Source: Deltaproteobacteria bacterium
GTDB lineage: Bacteria > Desulfobacterota > Desulfomonilia > UBA1062
DNA: 64,000 nt
Assembly (NCBI GenBank): GCA_018436855.1
Contig: JAHDKO010000016.1
Coordinates: forward strand, 7,286 to 71,285
Direction of reading: 5' to 3'
This document shows, in pieces, positions 39,557-48,746 of this stretch; the stretch's first letter is position 1, and every line of letters starts with the position of its first letter. Made by a program: the position numbers and the translations under genes. A model generated the notes under the pieces. It did no database searches. It was not told the origin of the DNA and worked only from the letters and a program-made list of their open reading frames with translations.

Positions 39557-40100
39557 ATCCCACCCCCGTTACAAAAAACTTACCATTGATAATCCGATAC
39601 CCGATAACATATGACATGGCACCATCTTCTACCGTGGTATTGGATGCTGTTTTCTTCCCTATGCCTCTGACAAGTATTTCCTTTTTATCCCGCCGCACCT
39701 CAAACTCTCGGGGATAGAAAACACTCGTCATCTCCAGCCGAATGATTTCAGCCTTGATCTTCTCCAGATCACTACTCAATTCAGCATAGTATTCCGGTGC
39801 AGCCAGTTCCTTGATTGCCTCAAACTGTCCGTTCACCGTTCCTGGAGTATATGTGGTGAACAACGAGCATGCATACCGTGTGAAAAGTTTCAGATATCCA
39901 TCGTTCGCATCATTGTTCGTAATCTCGATACGTTCATCAACAACAGGGGGTAATATAACAACCCGCTGCGATGTCGTAGCCTTGTATGCACAAAACGATG
40001 AAATGCATACGGCTATGGACAATGCTATCACGGCTGTTTTCATGATAGTGTTTGCCATTCCCATGTTTGCCTTTTCCTCCATATACATATCGATTTTCAT
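39546..40100 (-). CDS. traE: TraE (VirB8-like)
   Basis: 184 aa with a single N-terminal TM helix. Position after traL. Confidence 0.55.
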   Translation of the reverse strand: MKIDMYMEEKANMGMANTIMKTAVIALSIAVCISSFCAYKATTSQRVVILPPVVDERIEITNNDANDGYLKLFTRYACSLFTTYTPGTVNGQFEAIKELAAPEYYAELSSDLEKIKAEIIRLEMTSVFYPREFEVRRDKKEILVRGIGKKTASNTTVEDGAMSYVIGYRIINGKFFVTGVGYVE

Positions 40101-40104
40101 ATCC

Positions 40105-40377
40105 CTATTCCTCGTACCTGTCTTGAAAAGCCCCTGGATAATTAGGGAGTTCCTTTAATCCGAGTAAATAAATAAGGTTATTTGCAAAACCTTTCGGATT
40201 CTTGCTCTTGAACACCCGGTATCCCCACGGCACAGCGATCACAGCAATCCACCAGAACCATCCACCAAAAATCAGGGCAAGGGAAAGGCAAGCAAATATA
40301 ATTCCTACTTCGTCAAGCTCAAACCACAGAACCTGCACAGGAGACGATAAATACTGCGGAAATCTGTTATTTGCCAT
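40105..40377 (-). CDS. traL: TraL (F-type)
   Basis: 90 aa with one central TM helix. Typical size and position between the pilin gene and traE. Confidence 0.5.
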   Translation of the reverse strand: MANNRFPQYLSSPVQVLWFELDEVGIIFACLSLALIFGGWFWWIAVIAVPWGYRVFKSKNPKGFANNLIYLLGLKELPNYPGAFQDRYEE

Positions 40378-40416
40378 GCCTTCCCCCCTCCTTTCTCTGA
40401 TTTAAAACAGCACGAT

Positions 40417-40809
40417 TTAAAACAGCATCCCAAGGGACTCAGTGATCGAGCTACTTTTGATAACAGCCGCGCCACCTAACACTGCCCCCACCGCCGGAAG
40501 AAACTGGTTCTTGACCGCCATCACGCCGCCCATGACCACTGCCGCAGTTCCACCGACAAAACCAATAGGCCCGTCCAGGATATCATTAACGGCAAGGTCG
40601 TAGATGTCATACCCGAATGTTCCATCGGCGGGGGGAGTTACAGCGAACACATTGCCGGCCATGAGAAGCAGGAAACCGACCGAGAGCAGAATTCCCGCAG
40701 GAATCGCCCTCACGGCCTTGCCCCTGTTCTCGTCACTCGCTCCATTGACCACCGCTGCCGCCATTGCCTTGTGCTGAAACTCCATGAACTTCTCCGAAAT
40801 CTTTTTCAT
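40417..40809 (-). CDS. traA: Conjugative pilin (TraA/TrhA-like propilin)
   Basis: 130 aa. Long leader followed by two hydrophobic helices (GILLSVGFLLLMAGNVFA...FVGGTAAVVMGGVMAV). Confidence 0.5.
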   Translation of the reverse strand: MKKISEKFMEFQHKAMAAAVVNGASDENRGKAVRAIPAGILLSVGFLLLMAGNVFAVTPPADGTFGYDIYDLAVNDILDGPIGFVGGTAAVVMGGVMAVKNQFLPAVGAVLGGAAVIKSSSITESLGMLF

Positions 40810-41373
40810 TTATCGCTCCTTCTTTGTTTGGTATATTTCCACACGGCGATTTGCCGCAGGATTAATGCGATCAATGATCACACTCTCTCCATAACCCCTA
40901 ACCGACACCACCTTTACCCCACCTTTTTCCAGGTATTTTGCTACGGTTCCCCCCCTGATATCCGATAAGGTCTTGTTATAGTCGTTATCCCCAATCCAGC
41001 ATGCATGCCCCTCCACAATAATATCTTCATTCTTGATCCCATCGATCAGGGAAAGAATCTTCTCAGACTCCTTAGCCTCCAGATCGCTCTTGGCCTTGCC
41101 GAAATAAACAACCCCGACAAGATCCCCTTTTTCGATTCCCTCACTGGTGTCGTTTTTCAAAACAAACGCATCATTGCCCCCCTTTTTGTTTCCTTGGGAA
41201 ACAGTCGTAACGAACGTCCATCCCGGCAACCATAACCCGCAACCATTCGCGTCTTTCATGGCCCGATGTTCCTGTCTGAACTCAAGTTCCGCAGCACACA
41301 CCATCGATGGCGTTGCAAACGCTGCAATGATTGCTAAAAAGATTTTTGCTTTTATTTTCATTTTTATCCCCAT
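40810..41373 (-). CDS. OmpA-family peptidoglycan-binding protein
   Basis: Signal peptide. C-terminal ...GHACWIGDNDYNKTLSDIRGGTVAKYL...NRRVEI is an OmpA_C motif. Confidence 0.75.
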   Translation of the reverse strand: MGIKMKIKAKIFLAIIAAFATPSMVCAAELEFRQEHRAMKDANGCGLWLPGWTFVTTVSQGNKKGGNDAFVLKNDTSEGIEKGDLVGVVYFGKAKSDLEAKESEKILSLIDGIKNEDIIVEGHACWIGDNDYNKTLSDIRGGTVAKYLEKGGVKVVSVRGYGESVIIDRINPAANRRVEIYQTKKER

Positions 41374-41377
41374 GCTG

Positions 41378-41420
41378 GTATTATTCTTTGTGCGGGAAAT
41401 AAAACGGCTTCAAAAAAAAT
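41378..41420 (-). promoter_or_regulatory. Conserved element A, copy 5 (fills the gap between dsbC-like and ompA-like genes, AATAAT-N6-ATG)
   Basis: ggtattattctttgtgcgggaaataaaacggcttcaaaaaaaatg. Confidence 0.5.
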
Positions 41421-41421
41421 G

Positions 41422-42201
41422 TTACTGAAGAATCGAGTAAATTTTCTCGATATCAGCTCCCACGATCTCATCCCCGTTGCCGGTAAACATGGTGGGCGTA
41501 CCCCTTACACCGAGACTGTTCCCTATCTCCAGGGCCTTTTTGATTTTTCCGAGCTGTTTACTGTTACCAGAAACCACTTCGTATTTTTCCCAGACATGAG
41601 AAACGTACTCGTCAAACGTAACCCCATTGCTCAGGATTTTTTTTGCGTTGTCATCTCCATGAATAGGGTACAGGATCATGTTGACCCGTGTGCCGGTATC
41701 ATCAGCGATCTTCTTCAGATTGGCTTCCAGCCTTTTGCAGTACCCACACTTGGTAGAGGTGAATACATAAAGATCATTCTTGATATTCTTACCCGCAGGC
41801 TCGTACTGTGTGAAAACAATCGCATCGAGATTTTCTTTCACGGCACCGAATGTTTTCTTTTTAATGTCCTGCAGCAGATCCATGCCCATCTGCGTCTTAT
41901 AGGAAAACATCGATCCTATAAAAACAAACTCATCCGATACCCACGCAGGCTGCATTCCCGCATACCCGTGCTCAGTTTTATTGAATCCAAGAATGATCTC
42001 GCAAAGACCGCTGGCTGGCCTTGATGCAATGATTTCGCAATTATCCGGCAATGCAACGTGAGTTTTGATATGGTCGATATCCACACCGTCGCATTCATTT
42101 GCATAACAATTTCCAAATGTCACCACGCCCACGATAAAAATAAACCCGATCAAAAAACCTGTTTTTTTCATGCTCTTTCTCCTTTTATTATTAATCATCA
42201 A
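41422..42201 (-). CDS. dsbC: DsbC/TrbB-like periplasmic disulfide isomerase
   Basis: Signal peptide. Thioredoxin fold with TKCGYCKRLE (CxxC). Confidence 0.7.
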   Translation of the reverse strand: MMINNKRRKSMKKTGFLIGFIFIVGVVTFGNCYANECDGVDIDHIKTHVALPDNCEIIASRPASGLCEIILGFNKTEHGYAGMQPAWVSDEFVFIGSMFSYKTQMGMDLLQDIKKKTFGAVKENLDAIVFTQYEPAGKNIKNDLYVFTSTKCGYCKRLEANLKKIADDTGTRVNMILYPIHGDDNAKKILSNGVTFDEYVSHVWEKYEVVSGNSKQLGKIKKALEIGNSLGVRGTPTMFTGNGDEIVGADIEKIYSILQ

Positions 42202-42463
42202 TATCTCCGACCATCTGACTGATTAATTCGCCCTGGTCGTTATTCCCTTCTTTATCAATGTCCTGATCAACTTCCCCGACTTCTCGCGCAGGGCCTAAAT
42301 CACTGTTCACCCCCTTGCAGCTCAGGTACGCTCTCCCTGCGTCACTCCTGAAAAATACCAACAAGGCAAGCTCCGCAACTTCCTTCCTTAATCCCCTGGG
42401 AAGGCTGTTCAGAATCCTTACAACCTCGTTCTGGGTAAAAACGACGTTCAGCCTGACTCTCAT
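42191..42463 (-). CDS. parR: ParR-like centromere-binding protein (partner of ParM)
   Basis: 90 aa immediately downstream of parM with an acidic C-terminal tail. Call rests on gene order and size. Confidence 0.4.
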   Translation of the reverse strand: MRVRLNVVFTQNEVVRILNSLPRGLRKEVAELALLVFFRSDAGRAYLSCKGVNSDLGPAREVGEVDQDIDKEGNNDQGELISQMVGDIDD

Positions 42464-43446
42464 CTCAGCATTCCCATGTTGAACTTGAGGAAACCCCGTG
42501 CGTTTGAGTATTCCGGTGCAGCCGGGACTACAACAAACCCGTCACGATAATTTGCCTTGAAGGCATCCGCTACAAAGTACGCACCGCCACCGGCAATAAT
42601 GAGATGGTCCGATTTTCCCAAGAATTTATTCCACCTGGAGGACCGGATAAACTGAACGAACCTTTCAGTATAAACCCGCGTCAACTCCTTGATTATTTTT
42701 GAAAGGTCATGAGTTTCACCGAAATGCCTGATCTGCCCGTCTTCAAGAATACGGCATATGACCTGATCAGATTCTTCTCTGTCGAATTCCTTCTTGATAT
42801 GAGTTTTAAGATCCTCGGCAATCCTCGATACCCCTTCCTTTGTGAACATGTCGGACCATTCCATAGTAGGCCGACCATTCACCAGACCGAGCACGTCAAC
42901 GGTGTTGAACCCGATATCAAGGATGAGTGCATTGATGTTCATCTTAGAGCGATCAGCTATTCCACTGTTCTCGAAGATATAGTCAAAATATACGCCCTGC
43001 CCCTGAGCCCTGACATCAACCGTTTTGGGAGTGATATTTTGATTGCAGACAGAAATGTTTCCCAGAACACGGGCTATGTTTTTTCGATGATCCCTGTAAT
43101 AACCAAGAGGAATCCCAACGCACAAAACTAAATCGTTGTGCCGATCCTGCGGACGAATATTCTCCAATGCTTTATAGGTAAGCAGCGGAGAAAACCTTTC
43201 CAGAAACTCTCTGTCCCGAGTATCGAAAATGTCCTGGCAAAAAAGAGCATCAGTCCCAAGATGATAGGTATCTTTGCCGACAATGTATGTCTTGCGTCCG
43301 CTTGATTCAAGATCGACAATACCGTGTTTCGCACGACCGATTGCCGTAGGAAACTTCAGTGTCCGAATTGATATTCTATCTCCACGGCGATAAGGTATTG
43401 CTACCTTCACATCACCAAATCCAATATCAAGTCCGATTTTTCCCAC
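42460..43446 (-). CDS. parM: ParM/StbA-family actin-like segregation ATPase
   Basis: Phosphate-1 IGLDIGFGDVKVA and phosphate-2 LILDIGFNTVDV motifs of the actin fold. AAGGAG RBS. Confidence 0.75.
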   Translation of the reverse strand: MGKIGLDIGFGDVKVAIPYRRGDRISIRTLKFPTAIGRAKHGIVDLESSGRKTYIVGKDTYHLGTDALFCQDIFDTRDREFLERFSPLLTYKALENIRPQDRHNDLVLCVGIPLGYYRDHRKNIARVLGNISVCNQNITPKTVDVRAQGQGVYFDYIFENSGIADRSKMNINALILDIGFNTVDVLGLVNGRPTMEWSDMFTKEGVSRIAEDLKTHIKKEFDREESDQVICRILEDGQIRHFGETHDLSKIIKELTRVYTERFVQFIRSSRWNKFLGKSDHLIIAGGGAYFVADAFKANYRDGFVVVPAAPEYSNARGFLKFNMGMLR

Positions 43447-43477
43447 GATTGCCTCCTTATTTTTTTTGATCTCCTTG

Positions 43478-43521
43478 TGCTTATTCTTTGAGAGGGAAAT
43501 AAAACGGCTTCAAAAAAAATG
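43478..43521 (-). promoter_or_regulatory. Conserved element A, copy 6 (upstream of parM)
   Basis: tgcttattctttgagagggaaataaaacggcttcaaaaaaaatg. Confidence 0.5.
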
Positions 43522-43676
43522 AAGGGGATTGACAACCATTAATAAAATAGGTATAAGCGAAAGTCCTATATGGTTTTTGCCCCCACTTGGATAACTGCCA
43601 TGCGGTTACCGGGTGGGGGCTACTCATTTATTCCCCGATTAAAACCGTTCTTATAATACAGTGTAATCGAGAAAGT

Positions 43677-43856
43677 CGTTACACCCCCTGAACGATCATA
43701 AAACGCCACCTTGGAGGGGGTTAAGTGCATGTTTGGGGCATTTTCTACACCCCCCACTTAAAAATCGCACTGAAATATTGTTACACCCCCTGAATGATCA
43801 TAAAAGGGCGACTTAGAGGGGGTAAAGTGCATGTTTGACGCATTTTGAACATGAAA
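43677..43856. repeat. Two 68-bp direct repeats (period 112 bp), each with an internal inverted repeat (ACCCCCT/AGGGGGT)
   Basis: gttacaccccctgaacgatcataaaacgccaccttggagggggttaagtgcatgtttggggcatttt versus gttacaccccctgaatgatcataaaagggcgacttagagggggtaaagtgcatgtttgacgcatttt. Confidence 0.6.
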
Positions 43857-44460
43857 ACTACACTATAATAACAACATAATAACAACATCAATCCCACGGC
43901 GATAGACCTAACCGCGAAAACTACCCTTGATTGCTCATATCGTTTAGCTAATATTCCCTATAGGTATGTTAGAAATAGCATATCAACGGCCATAATATTA
44001 AGAGATCACGCCCTAAAAACCTCCACAATTCATTAGTTGGATGAGAATATGATGCAACATTTAAATAAAATCATATAATCTTCTGTATATATTAAAGTTT
44101 TAAGCAATTTAACCGATAAGATCTTCAGTATGAAAATAGCAGAATATTCGAACCCATCTTTTAGTCCCTCGGAAAATAAAAACCGGACCCCTCTTTCTTA
44201 GAAACTTCGTTTCTAATCACATAGGTAAAAACCTGTAGCGAAATATCACCTTCTTTCACAATTCACCCGCCTTGCCTGTATTGCCAAAATGTGAATAATA
44301 ACAGTCACTTATAAAATTGTGCGTATTTTGGAACAAATCGAGTAATAATACCGTGTATTTCCTGGGCCGCATCTCCTGATGAAGCTGAAATATTTTCCAA
44401 GTGTGATCGCCATACTTACGGACCAAATATTTTCAAATTATTTCAAGTATAATTCAATTC

Positions 44461-44950
44461 AGAGAGATATCGTGGCGTTTATTGTTATGACATTTTTCAT
44501 CGCATGTTTATCGGATCAAGTGTTTCGGATTCATTTTTGAAATAGCATTGGAACATGAGAGTTGACTTGCGATTTGACTTCTTTTGAATCCCCCATGTTT
44601 TCCTCCTGTTTTATTATTGTCGATCAAGCTGATCCCTATGTGATCGCCATTCTTTCGGAATCTAATTTTATCCAAGCATATCCCTCATGTTTTCCGAGTA
44701 AGAGAGCAGTTATGGCAAAGAAAATATTTTCCAATAATCTTGCCATGTTTATCGGAACGAATGTTTCCTTTATAATTTCTTCATGATTTTCTTTTAAGAG
44801 AGCAGTTATGGCGTTTACGTGTTCCCAACATTTTGCCATGGATTATCGGACCCTGTTCTTTCGTGATATTTTTCTTTTAAGATCCCTATAAGAGAGCTGT
44901 TATGGCGTTTAAAATGATCGTATCGGAAATCGCCTGGACTGCGGAACGGG
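44461..44950. repeat. Iteron-like degenerate tandem repeats (~92-98 bp units, 4-5 copies), core AGAGAGCAGTTATGGCG plus TTTATCGGAAC
   Basis: Cores at about 44461, 44700, 44798 and 44890, plus an inverted partial copy at about 44641. An AT-rich stretch precedes them (43860-44460). Confidence 0.55.
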
Positions 44951-45459
44951 GGTTTGGCGATCTTTGGAATTGTTTTTTGGTGGCTTTTTGTTTTGTGCAT
45001 TATTTTGTTTTTTTTATTCGCCGTGTTTTTCGGGGTGGTTTTAGTTTTTCGGTGCATTTTGGTCTGATTTTTCGTCCAAAAATTTTCGCTGTGGAGCCGC
45101 TTCAATCCAACATTCGCCAGCCACGGACGGGCGAAGCCCGTCAAAATATTTTTAGACATTTGTAGATATTTTTCGAGATAAACCCTTAATATATGGTTTT
45201 TTCTTATCCGCGTCTGATCTCTCATCTCTCGCCCATCTTCCTTCGCCTTCTTGATACCCTCTTTATCTTCAGAGGTATTCATCTGATAGTCATAATGTTT
45301 CGGTATATTCTAAAAGCCTTCCTGGTCGTATTAGAGCAACAATTTTAATTTAGCTTGTTATTTTGGTATGTTACGTATTCACTTTTTATTTCGTTCTTTA
45401 TTGGATCGCAATATATCCAATAATTATGGTATGTTATCGTTTTTTTTGCCCTTATTTTC

Positions 45460-45495
45460 TTTTTTGTCGTTTTATTTCCCCTCCAAAGAATAGTG
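45460..45495 (+). promoter_or_regulatory. Conserved element A, copy 7 (plus orientation)
   Basis: ttttttgtcgttttatttcccctccaaagaatagtg, 20 nt upstream of GGAAGGAG and ATG 45515. Confidence 0.5.
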
Positions 45496-45514
45496 AACTT
45501 GGAAGGAGTTATCT

Positions 45515-46063
45515 ATGGACAATACTAAGTCGATCAAATCGAGTAATCCCACGTCACGCAAGAGAGAGGCATCGTCGCTGGACAAATGGATTGAGGCGCG
45601 TATTTGGAGCCATCTCAAGAGGAATTACTTAAACGGAACGCATTATCATATCTCTATTAAGCGTTTACTGACAGAGCTTCGAACCCTCTATGATATTTCT
45701 CCAACCGACAAGTGGATTATTTATAAGATTAAGGCGATCCGTAAGCGTGTATTGCGTAAATGGTATCACGAGAAAACCAAGGTTTTGGATTGGTCAATAG
45801 AGCTTGGTCTGCCTTTTGATTTTCTTTTTCCTCATTATCTCCGTGGACACTTAACCTCGCTGATTACCGCAAGGCTTTTTGCGAGTCTTTATATCGAGAT
45901 GTCGGGGCTTTCCCAGGGTCTTCCTGCCCACATTTTCATAGAGATGACAAGGAAGCGGGAGTTGGAGCGTCGGGAGAAGAACAGGGCTATAGCTCGGCTG
46001 GATGCTCGGGAGCGCAATGCGAAAAAGCAGGTCCATGATCAGGACCCTGACGCGAGTTCTTGA
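45515..46063 (+). CDS. basic hypothetical protein (candidate replication or relaxosome accessory protein)
   Basis: 182 aa, Lys/Arg-rich, directly downstream of the iteron region. No recognisable motif. Confidence 0.4.
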   Translation: MDNTKSIKSSNPTSRKREASSLDKWIEARIWSHLKRNYLNGTHYHISIKRLLTELRTLYDISPTDKWIIYKIKAIRKRVLRKWYHEKTKVLDWSIELGLPFDFLFPHYLRGHLTSLITARLFASLYIEMSGLSQGLPAHIFIEMTRKRELERREKNRAIARLDARERNAKKQVHDQDPDASS

Positions 46064-46086
46064 TCCATATGTTATTTCAGAACCAT

Positions 46087-46130
46087 TATTTTTTTTTCAG
46101 GCCGTTTTATTTCCCTCTCAAAGAATAAGT
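46087..46130 (+). promoter_or_regulatory. Conserved element A, copy 8
   Basis: tttttttttcaggccgttttatttccctctcaaagaataagtc. Confidence 0.5.
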
Positions 46131-46152
46131 CGGTAACAGGGGTAATTTTTTT

Positions 46153-46338
46153 ATGAACAAAAAGAAATATCTCATGGATCAATTTTTTGCGGCCTGTACG
46201 GGCAATGACCGTATCGACACGGGATACCGCCTTTCGGGCAATAGGATGCACAAGTTGAAAGTGCGAATTGTCGCGCAAGGTATTTCTCGCGCCCTGGCCG
46301 CGAAGGATGGCGATCAAGGGGGTGTTGGTCATGACTAA
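46153..46338 (+). CDS. small hypothetical protein (61 aa)
   Basis: ORF after element A with ATGA overlap to the next gene. Confidence 0.3.
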   Translation: MNKKKYLMDQFFAACTGNDRIDTGYRLSGNRMHKLKVRIVAQGISRALAAKDGDQGGVGHD

Positions 46339-46594
46339 CGATAAATCGCAGAAACCACGTTCGCGCAAGAAAGCCAAGGAGGCTGATTTCATCACGCTTC
46401 CTTCCTTTGACGTACACCCGTTTAAGGTTGAGTTGAAGAAGCTCGGTGTACGCAACTGGCAGATAGCGAAGATATGCGGGATATCGTATGGCTACATGAG
46501 TCATATCTTAAACGGTGTTGTTCCCATGCCTGATCGTGTAGCCGAGAAAATCAGCGTATTTCTCACTCAGCGGGGTGTTGACATCGATGCGTGA
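46331..46594 (+). CDS. HTH (XRE-like) transcriptional regulator
   Basis: LGVRNWQIAKICGISYGYMSHILNG is a helix-turn-helix. Confidence 0.55.
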   Translation: MTNDKSQKPRSRKKAKEADFITLPSFDVHPFKVELKKLGVRNWQIAKICGISYGYMSHILNGVVPMPDRVAEKISVFLTQRGVDIDA

Positions 46595-46921
46595 CAATTC
46601 CACCGCGATCAATTCCGGGAAGTCTGACGGCATAATTGTCGTATGGCTTCCGGTGGTGTTTTACCGCCACCTGATTGCTCGTGGATTTTCTTGTCGTGTT
46701 CGTCACATGCTCAAGACCATTGTCTTTATTGAGGTAAGCTGGTCTGATCTTGGAAAGCTCTATCAAGAAGCGGTTCGATGCATAGTTTCTTTTCCGTTGT
46801 TCAGCCCCTTGTCTTGCGAGGATATCGATCTTTCCAAGGCTGCGATACGGTCGGAATGGATTCTGGATCACTATATATTATCGCGTTATTACGATAGTTT
46901 ATCGTTTACCGGGAGAAAATC

Positions 46922-47425
46922 ATGATCAATCAATCAATATTACTCATGTCGAGAGATACCGGGACAGAGATATGTAATACTGATCCCGTTAAGGCAAGGT
47001 TTCACTATTACTCTCTCCTTGAGTACGGAGAGCCCGGTGAGAGCATCTGGGTAGACAACGGCAGGGTTGGGTACAATTTTGAGTACGCTGATATCCATGA
47101 GTTATATTATCGCTCTCACCCTCATGATGACCGTCCATCCCGGTATTTGGGCAAAAAGTTATATTATGAGCCCACCGCATCCGGGTTAAAGATCCTGATA
47201 GTATCCAAAAAGCATCGAACTGCTGTTCACGCTCATATCGATTTCGCAAGTAAGCAGATAAACTTCGCAAGCATATTTCGTTCGGACAACGACTTTGATT
47301 ACAGTCTGACATTTGCCGAAATCGGCATACTTCATCGTCTTATACTTGACGGGGAAACATTCGCGCAAGCTCCTGATTCACAAGTTTATATAGAACACCA
47401 GGATAAGATCAGGATGATCGGATAA
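46922..47425 (+). CDS. hypothetical protein (167 aa)
   Basis: ORF at the head of a six-gene plus-strand array. Confidence 0.4.
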   Translation: MINQSILLMSRDTGTEICNTDPVKARFHYYSLLEYGEPGESIWVDNGRVGYNFEYADIHELYYRSHPHDDRPSRYLGKKLYYEPTASGLKILIVSKKHRTAVHAHIDFASKQINFASIFRSDNDFDYSLTFAEIGILHRLILDGETFAQAPDSQVYIEHQDKIRMIG

Positions 47426-47442
47426 ATCAGGCAGGAGGTAAC

Positions 47443-47670
47443 ATGGGGTATAGCAGCAGATACGGTTGGGTTCGAATCGGCGTGTATATTTGGCCCTTTG
47501 CGGAATACCGGCAGATCACGAAGGGTCGCTACAAGGGCCTTTACGAGATACTTGTAAACAACAACAAGTACATTGTCACTGCTGACCGGATCAAGTCGTT
47601 CCCTTCTTTTGCGAAAATTGATCTCTCGGGAAATAATCATGTCTCAAGAGATTGCCACCATGATGCATAA
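47443..47670 (+). CDS. small protein, paralog A of a duplicated pair
   Basis: FAEYRQITKGRYKGLYEILVNNNKYIVTADRIKSFP is similar to FVEYREITKGRQKGYYEITALGRKYIVHPKHIVRFP in 48127..48363. Confidence 0.45.
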   Translation: MGYSSRYGWVRIGVYIWPFAEYRQITKGRYKGLYEILVNNNKYIVTADRIKSFPSFAKIDLSGNNHVSRDCHHDA

Positions 47671-48130
47671 CAAGGGGGTATGTATGAACGTCCGCATGAA
47701 CACATTGAGAAATTTTCGGGCGCACACTGTTCAGATCGCAAATATGTTTTGGCTTGCGGCGATAGATCCCGAGAACCCGCCACAGTCGTTCGTTGATTTT
47801 TTTGAAGGTCAGTCAACGGCTGATATGCAGCTCATTTTCGAGGATCTTGAATTACCGGACCTCGATAATTACGAGGATGATGAGTTTGCGCGAGTAGTGC
47901 TTGAGCACCTTGACCTTGCTGAGAAGAATGGCTTTATCGCTGTTCTCAATATCCCGTTAAAGACAGGCTTCACCGAACACGGATGCATGGCCCATCGGGC
48001 AATCACTCATTGCCCCATAATCTATGCGGACACCCTGGATGATCTCATGATCAAGGCTGTTGAGTTGGCCGAAAAGCTGAAAGAGTCAGATCGCCAGGAA
48101 TATGAAGCCGCGATGAGGGATCAGCTATGA
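47639..48130 (+). CDS. acidic hypothetical protein (start uncertain: 47639 or 47660)
   Basis: Asp/Glu-rich (FEDLELPDLDNYEDDEF). Could be a DNA-mimic-like protein, unconfirmed. Confidence 0.4.
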   Translation: MSQEIATMMHNKGVCMNVRMNTLRNFRAHTVQIANMFWLAAIDPENPPQSFVDFFEGQSTADMQLIFEDLELPDLDNYEDDEFARVVLEHLDLAEKNGFIAVLNIPLKTGFTEHGCMAHRAITHCPIIYADTLDDLMIKAVELAEKLKESDRQEYEAAMRDQL

Positions 48131-48363
48131 GTAGTGCGCCTGCCACGTTTGAATACGGTTTAGCTCATGTTCAGAGAGGCTTCCGTACTCAAGTTAAGCC
48201 ATTTGTCGAGTACCGCGAGATCACGAAAGGTCGGCAAAAAGGCTACTACGAGATTACAGCCCTGGGCCGGAAATACATTGTTCATCCAAAGCACATAGTC
48301 AGGTTTCCCGGTGAACTGGATAAACAAGTTAAAAAGAAAGTCAAAAAGGAGTGTTTGTCATGA
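48127..48363 (+). CDS. small protein, paralog B of a duplicated pair
   Basis: See 47443..47670. Confidence 0.45.
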   Translation: MSSAPATFEYGLAHVQRGFRTQVKPFVEYREITKGRQKGYYEITALGRKYIVHPKHIVRFPGELDKQVKKKVKKECLS

Positions 48364-48746
48364 TCGGCACTATACCGCTTATTTTCAGAGTTGCTTACCG
48401 CAACCGGGCTACTGCTGAGATCACATACAGGGTTATCGGCGTTGGGCAGTCGTTTCCAGACATCGGCCCAAAATGGGTTATCATCGGAATTGATCAGTAT
48501 GTCGGTCTCATTGATAAAGGTCGCAAAGTTTTCACAGGTGACATCTATACATTCCTGCACATGACGCATCCAATCACCGTATCATCGAAGCATGGACTGC
48601 GATTCATGCACGGTGATTTTCAACTCAGCGATCACGCTGTCGAATTCGGTCAATTTAAGGGAACCATTTATGAAGAAGATAATGAAGAAGGAGGTCGATA
48701 TGGCTACTCTGTCAACACCATCCCCGGAAAACACAAAGCTGTCTGA
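48360..48746 (+). CDS. hypothetical protein
   Basis: ATG 48360 preceded by AAGGAG. Confidence 0.4.
   Translation: MIGTIPLIFRVAYRNRATAEITYRVIGVGQSFPDIGPKWVIIGIDQYVGLIDKGRKVFTGDIYTFLHMTHPITVSSKHGLRFMHGDFQLSDHAVEFGQFKGTIYEEDNEEGGRYGYSVNTIPGKHKAV

Noticed and set aside
44461-44950. Possible CRISPR array suggested by regularly spaced repeats
   Set aside because: Repeat units are about 95 bp and degenerate, with no short identical repeats separated by unique spacers and no cas genes. They are iteron-like.
44562-45282. ORFs 44562..44786(+), 44636..44839(-), 44815..45282(-) inside the iteron region
   Set aside because: They overlap tandem DNA repeats. Translations are low-complexity (Lys/Thr/His-rich) without an RBS. 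The region is more parsimoniously non-coding (origin or centromere).
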